This document shows positions 9,553 through 19,637 of a stretch of DNA of 61,293 nt, piece after piece. The notes under the pieces were generated by a model. The model saw only the letters and a list, made by a program, of their open reading frames with translations, was not told the origin of the DNA and made no database searches. Each line of letters begins with the position of its first letter. The stretch's first letter is position 1. A program made the position numbers and the translations under genes. Source of the DNA: Bacilli bacterium (GTDB taxonomy: Bacteria > Bacillota_I > Bacilli_A > RF39 > UBA660); the NCBI GenBank assembly GCA_045541255.1, contig JAZQIU010000051.1, positions 1 to 61,293 of the forward strand. The letters are read 5' to 3'.

Positions 9553-10692
9553 ATGAGAATACTAAATACTAATCAAAGAATAATATTATTTTTAATTATA
9601 ATATGCATTACAAATATTATTACTTGTAGTGTTTTTTATGTGTACTTATATTTTAAAGAAAATAATTTAACAGAACAAGAAATAATTAAAGAATATAATA
9701 TTAGTTTTAACAAAGATATTTATTATTTAGGATTAAATGAAACTATAGACATAACAATAAATAACAAAAACTATACAAAAATAGATATTTATATAGAAGA
9801 TGAAACTATTGCTAAACTAGATAAAAGAACTATTACAGGAATAAATTATGGTAAAACTGAAATTGTTATTGTATTACCTAATAACAAAACAATCACTTCT
9901 AAAGTATATATAGTAAAAGGATTAGTAAAAAGACCTAATGAATTTGATTTAAATAAAGAATATATTAGTTGTAATTATTTTACTAATGAAGAAAATAAAC
10001 TCATTGATAACGCTCTAATAGATAGATTAAATGATGTCGAATATCCTAGTCGTGCAAGTGCGGTAGAAGCAGCTAGATTCTTAACCTTAAATTTTAATTA
10101 TAGAATAAAATATTTTTATGAAAATGGAAGACTTAATAATTATGGTGGTAAAGAACATGTTGATGGTGAAGGTAGATATTATCACAAAGGTTTATATTTA
10201 AGCGAATCAAAATATAACGAAATATCTGCAACTTATGCCGGTCCTGCTATGTGGGGATGCCATTTAACTAATATTACAAAAGCCAACAACTATGGATACT
10301 ATGTTGGTAAAAAATATCCTAATGGATTAGATTGTAGCGGTTTCATTTCATGGGTATTATATAATGGTGGATATGATGTAAAAGATACTGGTGCAGGTGA
10401 AACAAAAAGAAACGATGATTTATATGATTTAGGAGAAAAGAGAAAAATAAGTTTAGAATTATTAAATTCAAACGAAGTAAAAGTTGGAGACTTAATAGCT
10501 TATACTGGACATATGGCAATGATAATTGGTATAGATAACAATGACATTTATATAGCTGAATCATTACCACATTTAAAAGGCGTAGTTACTAAAAAATATA
10601 CTAAAGAAAAAGCTAAAAATACTTTTACACATATAATTTTATTAGATAATTTATATAAAAAAGATGGAAAATTAACTAATATGTGGTATTAA
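9553..10692 (+). CDS. Membrane-anchored NlpC/P60-like cysteine peptidase with an Ig-like domain
   Basis: GLDCSGFISW, VGDLI and GHMAM motifs; N-terminal TM. Confidence 0.75.
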   Translation: MRILNTNQRIILFLIIICITNIITCSVFYVYLYFKENNLTEQEIIKEYNISFNKDIYYLGLNETIDITINNKNYTKIDIYIEDETIAKLDKRTITGINYGKTEIVIVLPNNKTITSKVYIVKGLVKRPNEFDLNKEYISCNYFTNEENKLIDNALIDRLNDVEYPSRASAVEAARFLTLNFNYRIKYFYENGRLNNYGGKEHVDGEGRYYHKGLYLSESKYNEISATYAGPAMWGCHLTNITKANNYGYYVGKKYPNGLDCSGFISWVLYNGGYDVKDTGAGETKRNDDLYDLGEKRKISLELLNSNEVKVGDLIAYTGHMAMIIGIDNNDIYIAESLPHLKGVVTKKYTKEKAKNTFTHIILLDNLYKKDGKLTNMWY

Positions 10693-10734
10693 TTTTGCAA
10701 ATTCTACATATTTTTGCTAAAATAACTGAGGCAG

Positions 10735-11295
10735 GTGAAATATATGAAATTACCAAATATAAAGATATTAGACGAAAGTAATAAAATATTAAGACAAAAA
10801 AGTACAGACGTAACATTTCCATTAGATGAAAAATTAAAACAATTAATTGATGATTCACTTACTTATTTAGAAATGAGTCAAATAGATGAATATATGGAAA
10901 AATATGATTTAAGAGCAGGAATGGGACTTTCATTTGTACAAATTGGAGTATTAAAAAGAATATTTGTTATATCAGAAGAATTAGATGATGGTACATTTAA
11001 AAGATATACATTAATTAATCCAAAAGTTATATCTAAAAGTGAAGAATTAATATATGTTGGCGAAGGTGAAGGTTGCTTAAGTGTAAATAGACCTGTAGAA
11101 GGCATAGTTCCAAGACATGCTAGAATTACAGTTGAAGCGTATGATATTGATGGAAATAAATTCACTATTAGAGTTAGAGAAGATATTGCAATCGCATTTC
11201 AACACGAATTAGACCATTTAGATGGAATATTATTTGTTGATAGAATTGATAAAAAGAACCCATTCAAAAATAGAGAATTTATGAGAGAAATATAA
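10735..11295 (+). CDS. def: Peptide deformylase
   Basis: GMGLS, EGCLS and QHELDHL motifs. Confidence 0.95.
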   Translation: MKYMKLPNIKILDESNKILRQKSTDVTFPLDEKLKQLIDDSLTYLEMSQIDEYMEKYDLRAGMGLSFVQIGVLKRIFVISEELDDGTFKRYTLINPKVISKSEELIYVGEGEGCLSVNRPVEGIVPRHARITVEAYDIDGNKFTIRVREDIAIAFQHELDHLDGILFVDRIDKKNPFKNREFMREI

Positions 11296-11322
11296 AAAGA
11301 ACTTTTTAAAAGTTCTTTTTTT
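11294..11322. terminator. Bidirectional intrinsic terminator
   Basis: AAAAAGAACTTTT/AAAAGTTCTTTTT inverted repeat between convergent genes. Confidence 0.7.
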
Positions 11323-11323
11323 A

Positions 11324-12532
11324 TTATCTACTATACCAATAAGTACCCTTGTTTGGTAATTTTAATATATCTTTAGGATTTAATGTATTCGCTAAGAATT
11401 TACTATACGTTGTATAAGTTTCACCATACCACCCTTTAGCAACCATATAATGCAAATGTGCTCCAGTAGAACAACTATCATAACTACGTGTTCCACTTCC
11501 ACCACCAACTGTACCTACTACTGTAGTGCTATTTACTTGATCACCAATCTTAACATTTATAGATAATAAATGCCAATAAGAAGTAGTGTATTTTACACCA
11601 TTAATCGTATGATATACATATACTTGATTTCCACCACAACTTGCTTTTCTAATTATCTTACCTACCATTCCATTAGCAGATGCATAAACATTAGTACCCT
11701 CTTTATTTCCACCAATATCTACTCCACTATGGAATTTAGTCCCTTTACCAGTTAATGGATTAATTCTATATCCATAATAACTAGTAATAGTTCCTTTACT
11801 CAATGGTTTTCTAAATGAAGTATCACCTTTAATAGAAACACATTCTCCCAAATCTTGATTTTCCCCACAACCTAATTTAACATAATAATTTATCAATTCT
11901 TGAGTAGAATCTATCTCATCTTGAATATCCATAGTATGTTCAGTAATGTCCTCTAATTGATTACCCAATTCATCGATTTTACTACTTAAAGATTCAATTT
12001 GATTATTTAATTCAATTTCTCTTTCAGCTAAATCAATTTGTAATTGTTCATTTTTCTTTATTAAATCATTATATTTATCTATTTGTTCATTATTATAATC
12101 TAATATTTGTTCAACTACTGCATATCTATAAACTAATTCTTCATAACTAGTTGCATCAAAAACATATTCTAAATAAACGTTTTCTCCATCAGTTAATTGA
12201 TAAGCTTGAATAGTTTTCTTTATACTTTCTTCAGTATTTATTATTTCTTGATTTAAATTAACAATATCTATCTTAGCTTGTTCAATTTTACCTTGATTAG
12301 TAGTTATTTCATTTTTAGCATTAGTAATATTCTTATTTGATTCACTTATTTCATTCTTGGTTTTATTCTTTTTATTTTCATTAGCTTTTTTAGTTGCTTT
12401 CAAAGCATTAAGTTCCCCTCTTAACTCAGCAATAGTATTTGCTTTAGAAGCAGCACTTGCTACAACAAAAGTATAAGATATAAAACCTATAACAAATAAT
12501 AAACAAATTATTTTTTTAACAAACCTTTTCAT
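11324..12532 (-). CDS. Coiled-coil M23 peptidoglycan endopeptidase (FtsEX partner)
   Basis: Signal peptide, long coiled coil, HSGVD and HLH motifs; follows ftsX. Confidence 0.85.
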   Translation of the reverse strand: MKRFVKKIICLLFVIGFISYTFVVASAASKANTIAELRGELNALKATKKANENKKNKTKNEISESNKNITNAKNEITTNQGKIEQAKIDIVNLNQEIINTEESIKKTIQAYQLTDGENVYLEYVFDATSYEELVYRYAVVEQILDYNNEQIDKYNDLIKKNEQLQIDLAEREIELNNQIESLSSKIDELGNQLEDITEHTMDIQDEIDSTQELINYYVKLGCGENQDLGECVSIKGDTSFRKPLSKGTITSYYGYRINPLTGKGTKFHSGVDIGGNKEGTNVYASANGMVGKIIRKASCGGNQVYVYHTINGVKYTTSYWHLLSINVKIGDQVNSTTVVGTVGGGSGTRSYDSCSTGAHLHYMVAKGWYGETYTTYSKFLANTLNPKDILKLPNKGTYWYSR

Positions 12533-13434
12533 ATTTTTAAATACTTTCTAACTGCTCTTCCACTGCCAAACATTCCAACTACAGAACCTATAACAAATAA
12601 TATCAAAGCAGTAATATATATTATTTTAGATGGCTCAACTAATTCTACTAAATTAGAAAACATTACTCCACCCATTACTTCATATAAATATGTATAACCT
12701 AATATTGTTATTATAATTGGTATTAAACTACCTATAGCTCCTAATAAAAAACCTTCAAATACAAATGGTAATTTAATAACTGTATTGCTAGTACCAACTA
12801 ATCTCATAATATTTATTTCATTACGTCTACTAAAAATAGTAATTTTAATAGTATTAGTAATTAAGAAAGCAGTTACAATAACTAAAGCTACGACAAGTAT
12901 GAAACAACCATCCTTTATAATATCAAATACACTAATCATTCTATCAACCATTGATTCCCCATATTTTACTAAAGTTACTTTATTAATATTCTTTAATGTA
13001 GTTGCAGTTTCTTTAATTTCTTTTATATCTTTAACTTTTAAAATAAATGTACTTTGTAAAGGATTTTCATTTTCATCCCAGCTAGACATAATATTACTAA
13101 AAGTTTCATTTTCTTTTATCATAGTATTCTTTATCTCATCTTTACTTCTAAATGTAATACTATCTACATTACTTATACTTTCTATTTCATTTCTAACAAG
13201 ATTAATCTCACCTTCAGTAGCATTTTTATCTACAAATACTACCATAGTTAAATCTTTCTCTATCTTTTCTGTCATACTAGTAACATTATAAGTTGCAAGT
13301 ATTCCTAAAGCAACTAGTATAAGTGTAATTACTGTACATGAAATACTAGCAGCAGATAAACTAAAATTACGAAATATACTTTTAAATGAATCTCTTATAC
13401 TACGCCTAAATATTCTTATTGATTTCATCTTCAT
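12529..13434 (-). CDS. ftsX: Cell division permease FtsX
   Basis: NTIKITIFSRRNEINIMRLVG...PF.FEG. Confidence 0.95.
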   Translation of the reverse strand: MKMKSIRIFRRSIRDSFKSIFRNFSLSAASISCTVITLILVALGILATYNVTSMTEKIEKDLTMVVFVDKNATEGEINLVRNEIESISNVDSITFRSKDEIKNTMIKENETFSNIMSSWDENENPLQSTFILKVKDIKEIKETATTLKNINKVTLVKYGESMVDRMISVFDIIKDGCFILVVALVIVTAFLITNTIKITIFSRRNEINIMRLVGTSNTVIKLPFVFEGFLLGAIGSLIPIIITILGYTYLYEVMGGVMFSNLVELVEPSKIIYITALILFVIGSVVGMFGSGRAVRKYLKI

Positions 13435-14113
13435 ATTTTCCTTTCTTCTTATCGCTTACTATTACTCCATCTTTAATAGTTACTACTCTTTTTTTCATAC
13501 GATTAACAATATCTTTATCATGAGTTGCCATCACAATAGTAGTACCCATTTCTTTATTTATATTGATCAAAACTTCCATAATTTCTTTAGATGTATCAGG
13601 ATCTAAATTACCAGTCGGTTCATCACATATTATAAGTTTAGGTTCATTAACTATTGCACGTGCAATACAAACTCTTTGTTGTTCTCCTCCGGATAATTGA
13701 TTAGGATAACTTCTATATTTATCTTTCAAACCAACGGTTTCCAATGCTTTCAAAACTTTCGCTTTAATTTCACTATTTTTCATCCCAAAACTTTCCAAAG
13801 GATAAGCAACGTTTTCATAAACTGTTAACTTAGGTAATAATTTAAAGTCTTGAAAAACTATTCCAATCTTTCTTCTTAGTTTATATACTTTACTATTACG
13901 TAATTTAGCAACGTTTACACCACCTACATAAACTTCTCCCTTATTAGGTTTTTCTTCTCTATATAACATTTTTAAAATAGTAGATTTACCACTTGCAGTA
14001 GGCCCTATTAAAAATACAAACTCTCCCTTTTCTATTTTTAAATTACCATCTGCAAGAGCAGTAACACCATTATCATAAACTTTATAACAATTATTTATAC
14101 TTATAAATTCCAT
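13406..14113 (-). CDS. ftsE: Cell division ATPase FtsE
   Basis: Walker [17 protein letters not shown] and DEPTGNLDP. Confidence 0.95.
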   Translation of the reverse strand: MEFISINNCYKVYDNGVTALADGNLKIEKGEFVFLIGPTASGKSTILKMLYREEKPNKGEVYVGGVNVAKLRNSKVYKLRRKIGIVFQDFKLLPKLTVYENVAYPLESFGMKNSEIKAKVLKALETVGLKDKYRSYPNQLSGGEQQRVCIARAIVNEPKLIICDEPTGNLDPDTSKEIMEVLININKEMGTTIVMATHDKDIVNRMKKRVVTIKDGVIVSDKKKGKYEDEINKNI

Positions 14114-14239
14114 TATTACTCCACCTTACTATATAAAGTATATCATATTTATAAGTCAAAAAAAATATAAATAAAAAGTTTGTCAAAAATTGACAAAAAA
14201 AAGACAATATTTTATATTGTCTAATTTCACTAATTTTTA

Positions 14240-14980
14240 TTAATTTGCAGCGTCTTGTCCTAAGCCACTAACAACGATTTTAGCTTTAATATTTTTATTA
14301 ATAGATGCATTTTGATCAGCAGCTTCATTATTCTTATATTCTAAAACTAATTGATAATATTTTATATCACCTGTAATACTTAAAGTATCAGAAGCAACTA
14401 ATTCAATAGTTTCAGTTCCACCAGCTAAATTTCCAGTTTTAATTGCTTCACCTGCAAAATTACCTTCTGTGTCACTTTCATATAAATAATAGAATAAATT
14501 TGTGCTACTATCTGCTATACCATTTTCAGTTACTTGTAAACTAACTTTATAAGCAGCGGCATCAGTTCCTGTATTTTCAACTTGGAATCTTGCTGGAGCA
14601 ATTAAACCATCTGCAGCAGTTGGTTCAATTGATGGCTCAGCAGCTAATTTACCTTCACCTTCTCCAAATTGATCAGTAGTAACAGCAGCAATAGTATTAA
14701 CCATAACACCATTAACTTCTTTAGCAGTTACTGAATATTTTGGATCATAGAATGTTTCACCATCACTTTTCCATCCTGGAACTACATTTTGAGCAATAAT
14801 TTCTTGTCCACTAGTATAGTTAATTACTAATTCACCAGCAGTTACTTCAACACTTGTATCTTTAGTGTTACCAACAACTGTTGCAGTGAAATATGCATAA
14901 GTAAATCCTACTACTGATAATGCTACAACAAACATTGCTACTATAGCTATAGCTATTTTTCCGTTATTATTTGAATTCAT
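14240..14980 (-). CDS. TasA/CalY-like protein with SipW-class signal peptide
   Basis: Hydrophobic leader ending GFTYAYF; NVVPG, F.VENTG and DQN motifs. Confidence 0.7.
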   Translation of the reverse strand: MNSNNNGKIAIAIVAMFVVALSVVGFTYAYFTATVVGNTKDTSVEVTAGELVINYTSGQEIIAQNVVPGWKSDGETFYDPKYSVTAKEVNGVMVNTIAAVTTDQFGEGEGKLAAEPSIEPTAADGLIAPARFQVENTGTDAAAYKVSLQVTENGIADSSTNLFYYLYESDTEGNFAGEAIKTGNLAGGTETIELVASDTLSITGDIKYYQLVLEYKNNEAADQNASINKNIKAKIVVSGLGQDAAN

Positions 14981-15006
14981 CTTTCTTTATCCTCCTACAA
15001 TAAAAT
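14976..15006 (-). repeat. 31-bp leader/RBS repeat, copy 1
   Basis: ATTTTATTGTAGGAGGATAAAGAAAGATGAA, identical to 22724-22754. Confidence 0.9.
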
Positions 15007-15033
15007 CATACCAAAGAGAAAATATATTGTCAA
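15005..15033 (-). promoter_or_regulatory. SigA promoter of the TasA-like gene
   Basis: TTGACA-17bp-TATGAT. Confidence 0.7.
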
Positions 15034-15117
15034 TTCAAAAATGTAATTTTTTGTAAAAATTATAAAGATATTTTACACATGATTTTTTTTATAAAAAAAA
15101 ATAGGCTTTAAAACCTA

Positions 15118-15537
15118 TTATTTATTTTGTAACATATTTAATAAATCAATCTTAAACATATCCTTAGAAGCATTTGCTTTACTTATCATAACACCTTTAT
15201 AAGTTGTTAATTCAGCCATATGACCTTCTAATAATATATCGGTTGGCGTAATAGTATCTAACATAACAATATTTTGTTCTTTATATACTATATATTTTAA
15301 AGTTACATCACCATGAACTTGTTTAAACATACTATCACTTGGTAATTTTAATTCATAAGTTTCAGTTTTATCAACTTTATTAGTACTGATTAACTCTCCT
15401 ATAAAGTTACCTTTTCTTAATTCCGGATAATATTCAAAGTTAAGCTTTTTATAAGCAAGCATATTATATTTTTTTAATGCTCTTTCTAACTTTTTAAACT
15501 CATTCTCATTAATATAATCTAAAATAAACCCTTTCAT
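15118..15537 (-). CDS. Hypothetical protein
   Basis: 139-aa ORF with AAGGGGG SD; no recognised motif. Confidence 0.6.
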   Translation of the reverse strand: MKGFILDYINENEFKKLERALKKYNMLAYKKLNFEYYPELRKGNFIGELISTNKVDKTETYELKLPSDSMFKQVHGDVTLKYIVYKEQNIVMLDTITPTDILLEGHMAELTTYKGVMISKANASKDMFKIDLLNMLQNK

Positions 15538-15674
15538 AAAATAACCCCCTTATTTCCTATGTGTTAACATTTTAGCACTTTTTACATATTTTGTCAAATT
15601 TCAGAAGTCTGAATTCCCTATTTTTCAATAAAAAAACGGCTTTTTTTAAAATATTTTGCCGTTTTATAACACTT

Positions 15675-15872
15675 TTATTCAGTATCTACACATTTTCCTT
15701 CACCAGGTTTAGCACCTTTTTCATAAACCTGATTAACTAAAGAACAACTAGATTTAGTTATAGCATCTTTTAAATAGCCACCAAAATAATTTACTAAACT
15801 TATAGTTATAACACTTATTAAAGCAATAATAAGTACATATTCTACTAAAGCTTGTCCTCTATTGTTCTTCAT
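15675..15872 (-). CDS. flp: Flp/Tad-type pilin
   Basis: RGQ/ALVEY prepilin motif, hydrophobic helix, C-terminal Cys pair. Confidence 0.75.
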   Translation of the reverse strand: MKNNRGQALVEYVLIIALISVITISLVNYFGGYLKDAITKSSCSLVNQVYEKGAKPGEGKCVDTE

Positions 15873-15911
15873 ATTACCACACCTTTACTCTATAAATAAA
15901 GTATAAAATAT

Positions 15912-16922
15912 TTAATCATTATTGTCAAATATTAAATGATTTTCCCTCAAATGCTCTCTAGCTTTTTCAGTTACTACTCTCCCCCTTGGAGTACGCTTAA
16001 TAAAACCTTCTTGCAATAAATAAGGTTCTACTACATCTTCTATAGTTGTTACCTCTTCTCCAATACTAGCTGCAATCGTTTCCACTCCTACAGGGCCACC
16101 ATTAAACTTAGTAACCAAACTTACTAAATATTCTAAGTCTACTTGATCTAAACCAAATTTATCAACCTTAAGTCTTTTTAAAGCACTATCAGTTATATCT
16201 TTTTCTATTATTCCATCCCCTATTACACTAGCAAAATCTCTAACTCTTTTAAATAGTCTATTTGCAATTCTTGGTGTCTTTCTACTACGTTTAGCTAATT
16301 CTTTAGCAGCCTCATCAGTAATATCCATATTTAAAACTCGACTAGTACGCTTTATTATTTGAGTTAACTCTTCATCAGTATAATAATTTAACTTTGATAC
16401 TATACCAAATCTATCTCTTAATGGACTAGATAAATCTCCAGCTCTAGTAGTTGCACCTACTAAAGTAAATGGAGGTAAATCTATTTTAATATTTCTAGTA
16501 TTACCTTCAGTTCCAACTACAATATCAAGTTCAAAGTCTTCCATAGCAGGATACAATATTTCTTCTATAAACTTTGGTATTCTATGTATTTCATCAATAA
16601 ATAATACATCACCTGGTTCTAATCCAGATAATATCGCTGCCAAATCTCCGCTTTTTTCAATACTTGGACCTGTTGTCGTTTTTATATTTGTTCCTAGTTC
16701 ATTTGCAATTATATGAGCTAATGTTGTTTTTCCTAATCCAGGAGGGCCATATAATAAAACATGATCTAAAGATTCATCTCTCATCTTTGCTGCATCTATA
16801 AATATTTTTATATTTTCCTTTACTTCCTCTTGCCCAATATAATCTTTTATATACTGTGGCCTTAAAGTATTTTCAAAACTATCACAAGATAACTCTTCTT
16901 TTGATACTATTCTTTCATTCAT
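15912..16922 (-). CDS. ruvB: Holliday junction helicase RuvB
   Basis: [16 protein letters not shown] and EPYL..GF..RTPRGR. Confidence 0.97.
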   Translation of the reverse strand: MNERIVSKEELSCDSFENTLRPQYIKDYIGQEEVKENIKIFIDAAKMRDESLDHVLLYGPPGLGKTTLAHIIANELGTNIKTTTGPSIEKSGDLAAILSGLEPGDVLFIDEIHRIPKFIEEILYPAMEDFELDIVVGTEGNTRNIKIDLPPFTLVGATTRAGDLSSPLRDRFGIVSKLNYYTDEELTQIIKRTSRVLNMDITDEAAKELAKRSRKTPRIANRLFKRVRDFASVIGDGIIEKDITDSALKRLKVDKFGLDQVDLEYLVSLVTKFNGGPVGVETIAASIGEEVTTIEDVVEPYLLQEGFIKRTPRGRVVTEKAREHLRENHLIFDNND

Positions 16923-16926
16923 ATTA

Positions 16927-17526
16927 TCACTTTCCTAACAACTTTAATGCTTCTTTTATTTGCTCTTCTAAACTTAAATCATTATTAACTTTTGATATAA
17001 CCTTTTTAATATCTCCACTCTTATATCCTAAACTTTCTAATACTTCAATAAGTTCTTTAGAATCATATTGAAATAAATCTGTTTGAGTTGTAAGTTTACC
17101 TTTTAAATCTAATATAATTTGCTTAGCAACTTTCTCACCAATCTTTGGAAATCTTGTCAAATAAGTAACATTATCACTATTAATCGCATCATAGACACCT
17201 TTAATATTTCCACCGGCAAATATTGGCATAGCCATTTTAGGACCAATCCCTTTTACATTAATAAGTTTTAAAAATAATTCTTTTTCTTCCATAGATTTAA
17301 AACCATATAAACTATTTTCATCTTCCTTTATATGATTATATAAATATACTTTTATTTCTTCATTTAATTTATAACTATATGGATTAGCAACATTAATTAG
17401 ATACCCAATCCTATTATTTTCTAATATAATACAATTCTTATCATACCCTGCAACTATTCCAATAATGTAACTATACATTCTATCACATCCTAAAACAATC
17501 TTAACATACATTCGTTTGTATATCAA
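16927..17526 (-). CDS. ruvA: Holliday junction binding protein RuvA; start probably MYSYI at 17478
   Basis: [24 protein letters not shown] and L.SLGY. Confidence 0.95.
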   Translation of the reverse strand: MIYKRMYVKIVLGCDRMYSYIIGIVAGYDKNCIILENNRIGYLINVANPYSYKLNEEIKVYLYNHIKEDENSLYGFKSMEEKELFLKLINVKGIGPKMAMPIFAGGNIKGVYDAINSDNVTYLTRFPKIGEKVAKQIILDLKGKLTTQTDLFQYDSKELIEVLESLGYKSGDIKKVISKVNNDLSLEEQIKEALKLLGK

Positions 17527-17532
17527 TATATT

Positions 17533-17706
17533 TTAAAAAAAATCATAAATTGTTGCAAATATACTATCATCACTACAATATTCTAAAATAAATTTATTTT
17601 ATTTCTTCCACAATTATTATTCCAATTTACTTAATCATAAAGTAATATATTTTTAATCTCATCATAATAATTCAAACAAAAACTCCTCTCACTATAAATA
17701 TAGCGA
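17533..17706 (-). pseudogene. Internally deleted remnant of a yhcG (DUF1016) paralogue with its leader
   Basis: TTG-NYYDEIKNIL resembles the N-terminus, and IGIIIV / NKFILEYCSDDSIFATIY resemble the C-terminus, of ORF 27231-28121; 22-bp and 14-bp DNA identities; same upstream palindrome and SD. Confidence 0.85.
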
Positions 17707-17797
17707 AAATTTTTAAATTTATTAATATTAATCAATTTATAATAACAATTTTCATACATTTTTAATAAACTATATTAGATAGATTAGGAGGTATAAT

Positions 17798-17977
17798 ATG
17801 TACTATTACGGATACAATGGAGGTTATAATCAAGGTTATAACTATAATCCATGCTGTGGAACTTATGCAGGTACTACAAGCGGTTATGGCTGGGGAGCTG
17901 CATTATGGATTGTACTATTTATTTTATTAGTAATCATAATCGGAGCAGGTTGGTCTTGGAACAACAATGCAAACTAA
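17798..17977 (+). CDS. YjcZ/SscA-family small sporulation protein, 59 aa, absent from the ORF track
   Basis: MYYYGYNGGYNQGYNYNPCCGTYAGTTSGYGWGAALWIVLFILLVIIIGAGWSWNNNAN; Gly/Tyr head plus IVLFILLVIIIGA; AGGAGG SD. Confidence 0.8.
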   Translation: MYYYGYNGGYNQGYNYNPCCGTYAGTTSGYGWGAALWIVLFILLVIIIGAGWSWNNNAN

Positions 17978-18000
17978 AAGATGAGTTTCCTCATCTTTTT
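17976..18000. terminator. Bidirectional intrinsic terminator
   Basis: AAAAGATGAG-tttc-CTCATCTTTT. Confidence 0.75.
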
Positions 18001-19546
18001 AATTTGTAATTATTTGTTTTTCTAAAACTAGTTCTTCATTTTCTAGTTTATTATTTATTTGATAATCATTAAATATATTACTAAAATCTTCCACAACTAC
18101 TTCTTTTTCGTCTTCAATTTTTTTAATAACTATATCTCCATTAACAAATTCATAAGTATATTTATTTCCATTTAAACTAAATTCTTTACTCTTAATAGTT
18201 ATAGTATAAAGATTGCTAGTTAATAGTTTATCATTTTCATATGCAAAAGTAATATCTTCACTAGTATCAATTACTAAATGACCAGTCATTTCTAATTCAC
18301 TAATATCAGTCTTTTCTACCAAATAAATATTACCGTTTAATTTAATAGTTGCTTTATCATCTAAATTTTCTTCAATATCATCAGTATTAGATTCTTCTAT
18401 TTCTTTCTCTATATCAGTTGGTAATTCATCTAACACTTCATTAGTTTCTTCTTCAATAACTTCTTCTATTACATTATCTATAACAATATCTTTATTAGTT
18501 TCCTTATCTTCATAAGTACTTTCTATTCCATTTTCATCAACAATTGTTCCTACAACTACATCTTCTGTTAGTTCTTCATTCTTATCATAAACAAATACTA
18601 TATCAAATACATTTACTGTACCAATTTCAAAAACCTTTTCTTCTTCAGAAACTTCTACTTTAATACTTAATTTATATTTACCAGGAGTTTCTACATCTTT
18701 AAACATTTCTTCATTATATTCTTGATAAGTATTAGTATTTTCTTCATTTTGTAATAAATAATATAATTTATATTCTTTATTCAATTCATTTACTATAACA
18801 CTAACTTTATCTATAGTACTAACAAATAAATTTGTATCATTTACTAATTCTTCATTTATTTTTACATCTATACTTATTTTAGTTAAATCTATAATTTCAT
18901 CTATTTCTTCTTCAATTACTTTTTTAGTAGCAATAATACCATATTTAGATAAATGTTTAGCATCAAATTTAATATAACCATCTTCTACTTTAGAATCTAT
19001 AACTTCATCACTAATAACATTATTATCGTCTATATATACAACTTTATAAACATCATATCCTACTAAATCTCCTAATGGTATACTAATCGTAATTAAACTA
19101 TTATTAACACTCTTTTTAACATTATTTACATCATATAAAGAAATATCATATAACCCTACTACATTACTATTTTTTAAACTATCTACTACACTTAATTTAG
19201 TACTAACTATTTTATCGCTATCACTAATTTCATCAGTTAATTTATAATTAAATATCATATTATTATTTTCGTCTATAGTAGATTTATAAACAACTTCATT
19301 AATAACTTCTTCTACTTTTTCTTCTTTTTTATTAACTTTAATTACTTTTTCTTCATCATCTCTATATTCATACTTTTCAGTAGTAACGACATCTTTAATA
19401 GTTGGACTAGTTTTATCAATTTCTTTTTCTCCACTTACTAAAGATTTATTATTAAAATGTACAACCAATACTACTCCTAATATAATTAATAATATTATAG
19501 CTATAACAAAATATTTTGTTTTTGATTCATCTAATTCATATCCCAT
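17999..19546 (-). CDS. Acidic membrane-anchored surface protein with beta-rich domains
   Basis: N-terminal TM, very Asp/Glu-rich; YDISL...ITISIP...FDAKHLSKYGI segment. Confidence 0.65.
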   Translation of the reverse strand: MGYELDESKTKYFVIAIILLIILGVVLVVHFNNKSLVSGEKEIDKTSPTIKDVVTTEKYEYRDDEEKVIKVNKKEEKVEEVINEVVYKSTIDENNNMIFNYKLTDEISDSDKIVSTKLSVVDSLKNSNVVGLYDISLYDVNNVKKSVNNSLITISIPLGDLVGYDVYKVVYIDDNNVISDEVIDSKVEDGYIKFDAKHLSKYGIIATKKVIEEEIDEIIDLTKISIDVKINEELVNDTNLFVSTIDKVSVIVNELNKEYKLYYLLQNEENTNTYQEYNEEMFKDVETPGKYKLSIKVEVSEEEKVFEIGTVNVFDIVFVYDKNEELTEDVVVGTIVDENGIESTYEDKETNKDIVIDNVIEEVIEEETNEVLDELPTDIEKEIEESNTDDIEENLDDKATIKLNGNIYLVEKTDISELEMTGHLVIDTSEDITFAYENDKLLTSNLYTITIKSKEFSLNGNKYTYEFVNGDIVIKKIEDEKEVVVEDFSNIFNDYQINNKLENEELVLEKQIITN

Positions 19547-19637
19547 AATAAAACCCTACCTTTACTATTAAAAGTATATATTTTTTTCTAGTAGTTGTAA
19601 AGAATTAAACGTAAATAAAAAGTAAAGACTTTACTCT

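Noticed and set aside
12785-13291. Long antisense ORF, and similar ones at 3006, 6174, 10343, 10878, 11570, 16856, 22508, 23689, 25520, 26649, 27971, 29101, 29998, 43458, 45891, 49327, 51025 and 60611
   Set aside because: They lie opposite well-supported genes, lack SD and motifs, and have the composition expected of antisense frames in AT-rich DNA
14179-14197. TTTGTCAA-aaa-TTGACAAA palindrome upstream of ftsE
   Set aside because: Single short AT-rich instance that could be overlapping -35-like hexamers; no supporting copies
15570-15580. TTAGCACTT CIRCE-like half site (another near 40832)
   Set aside because: No second half at 9-bp spacing; the 40832 copy is one arm of a terminator hairpin
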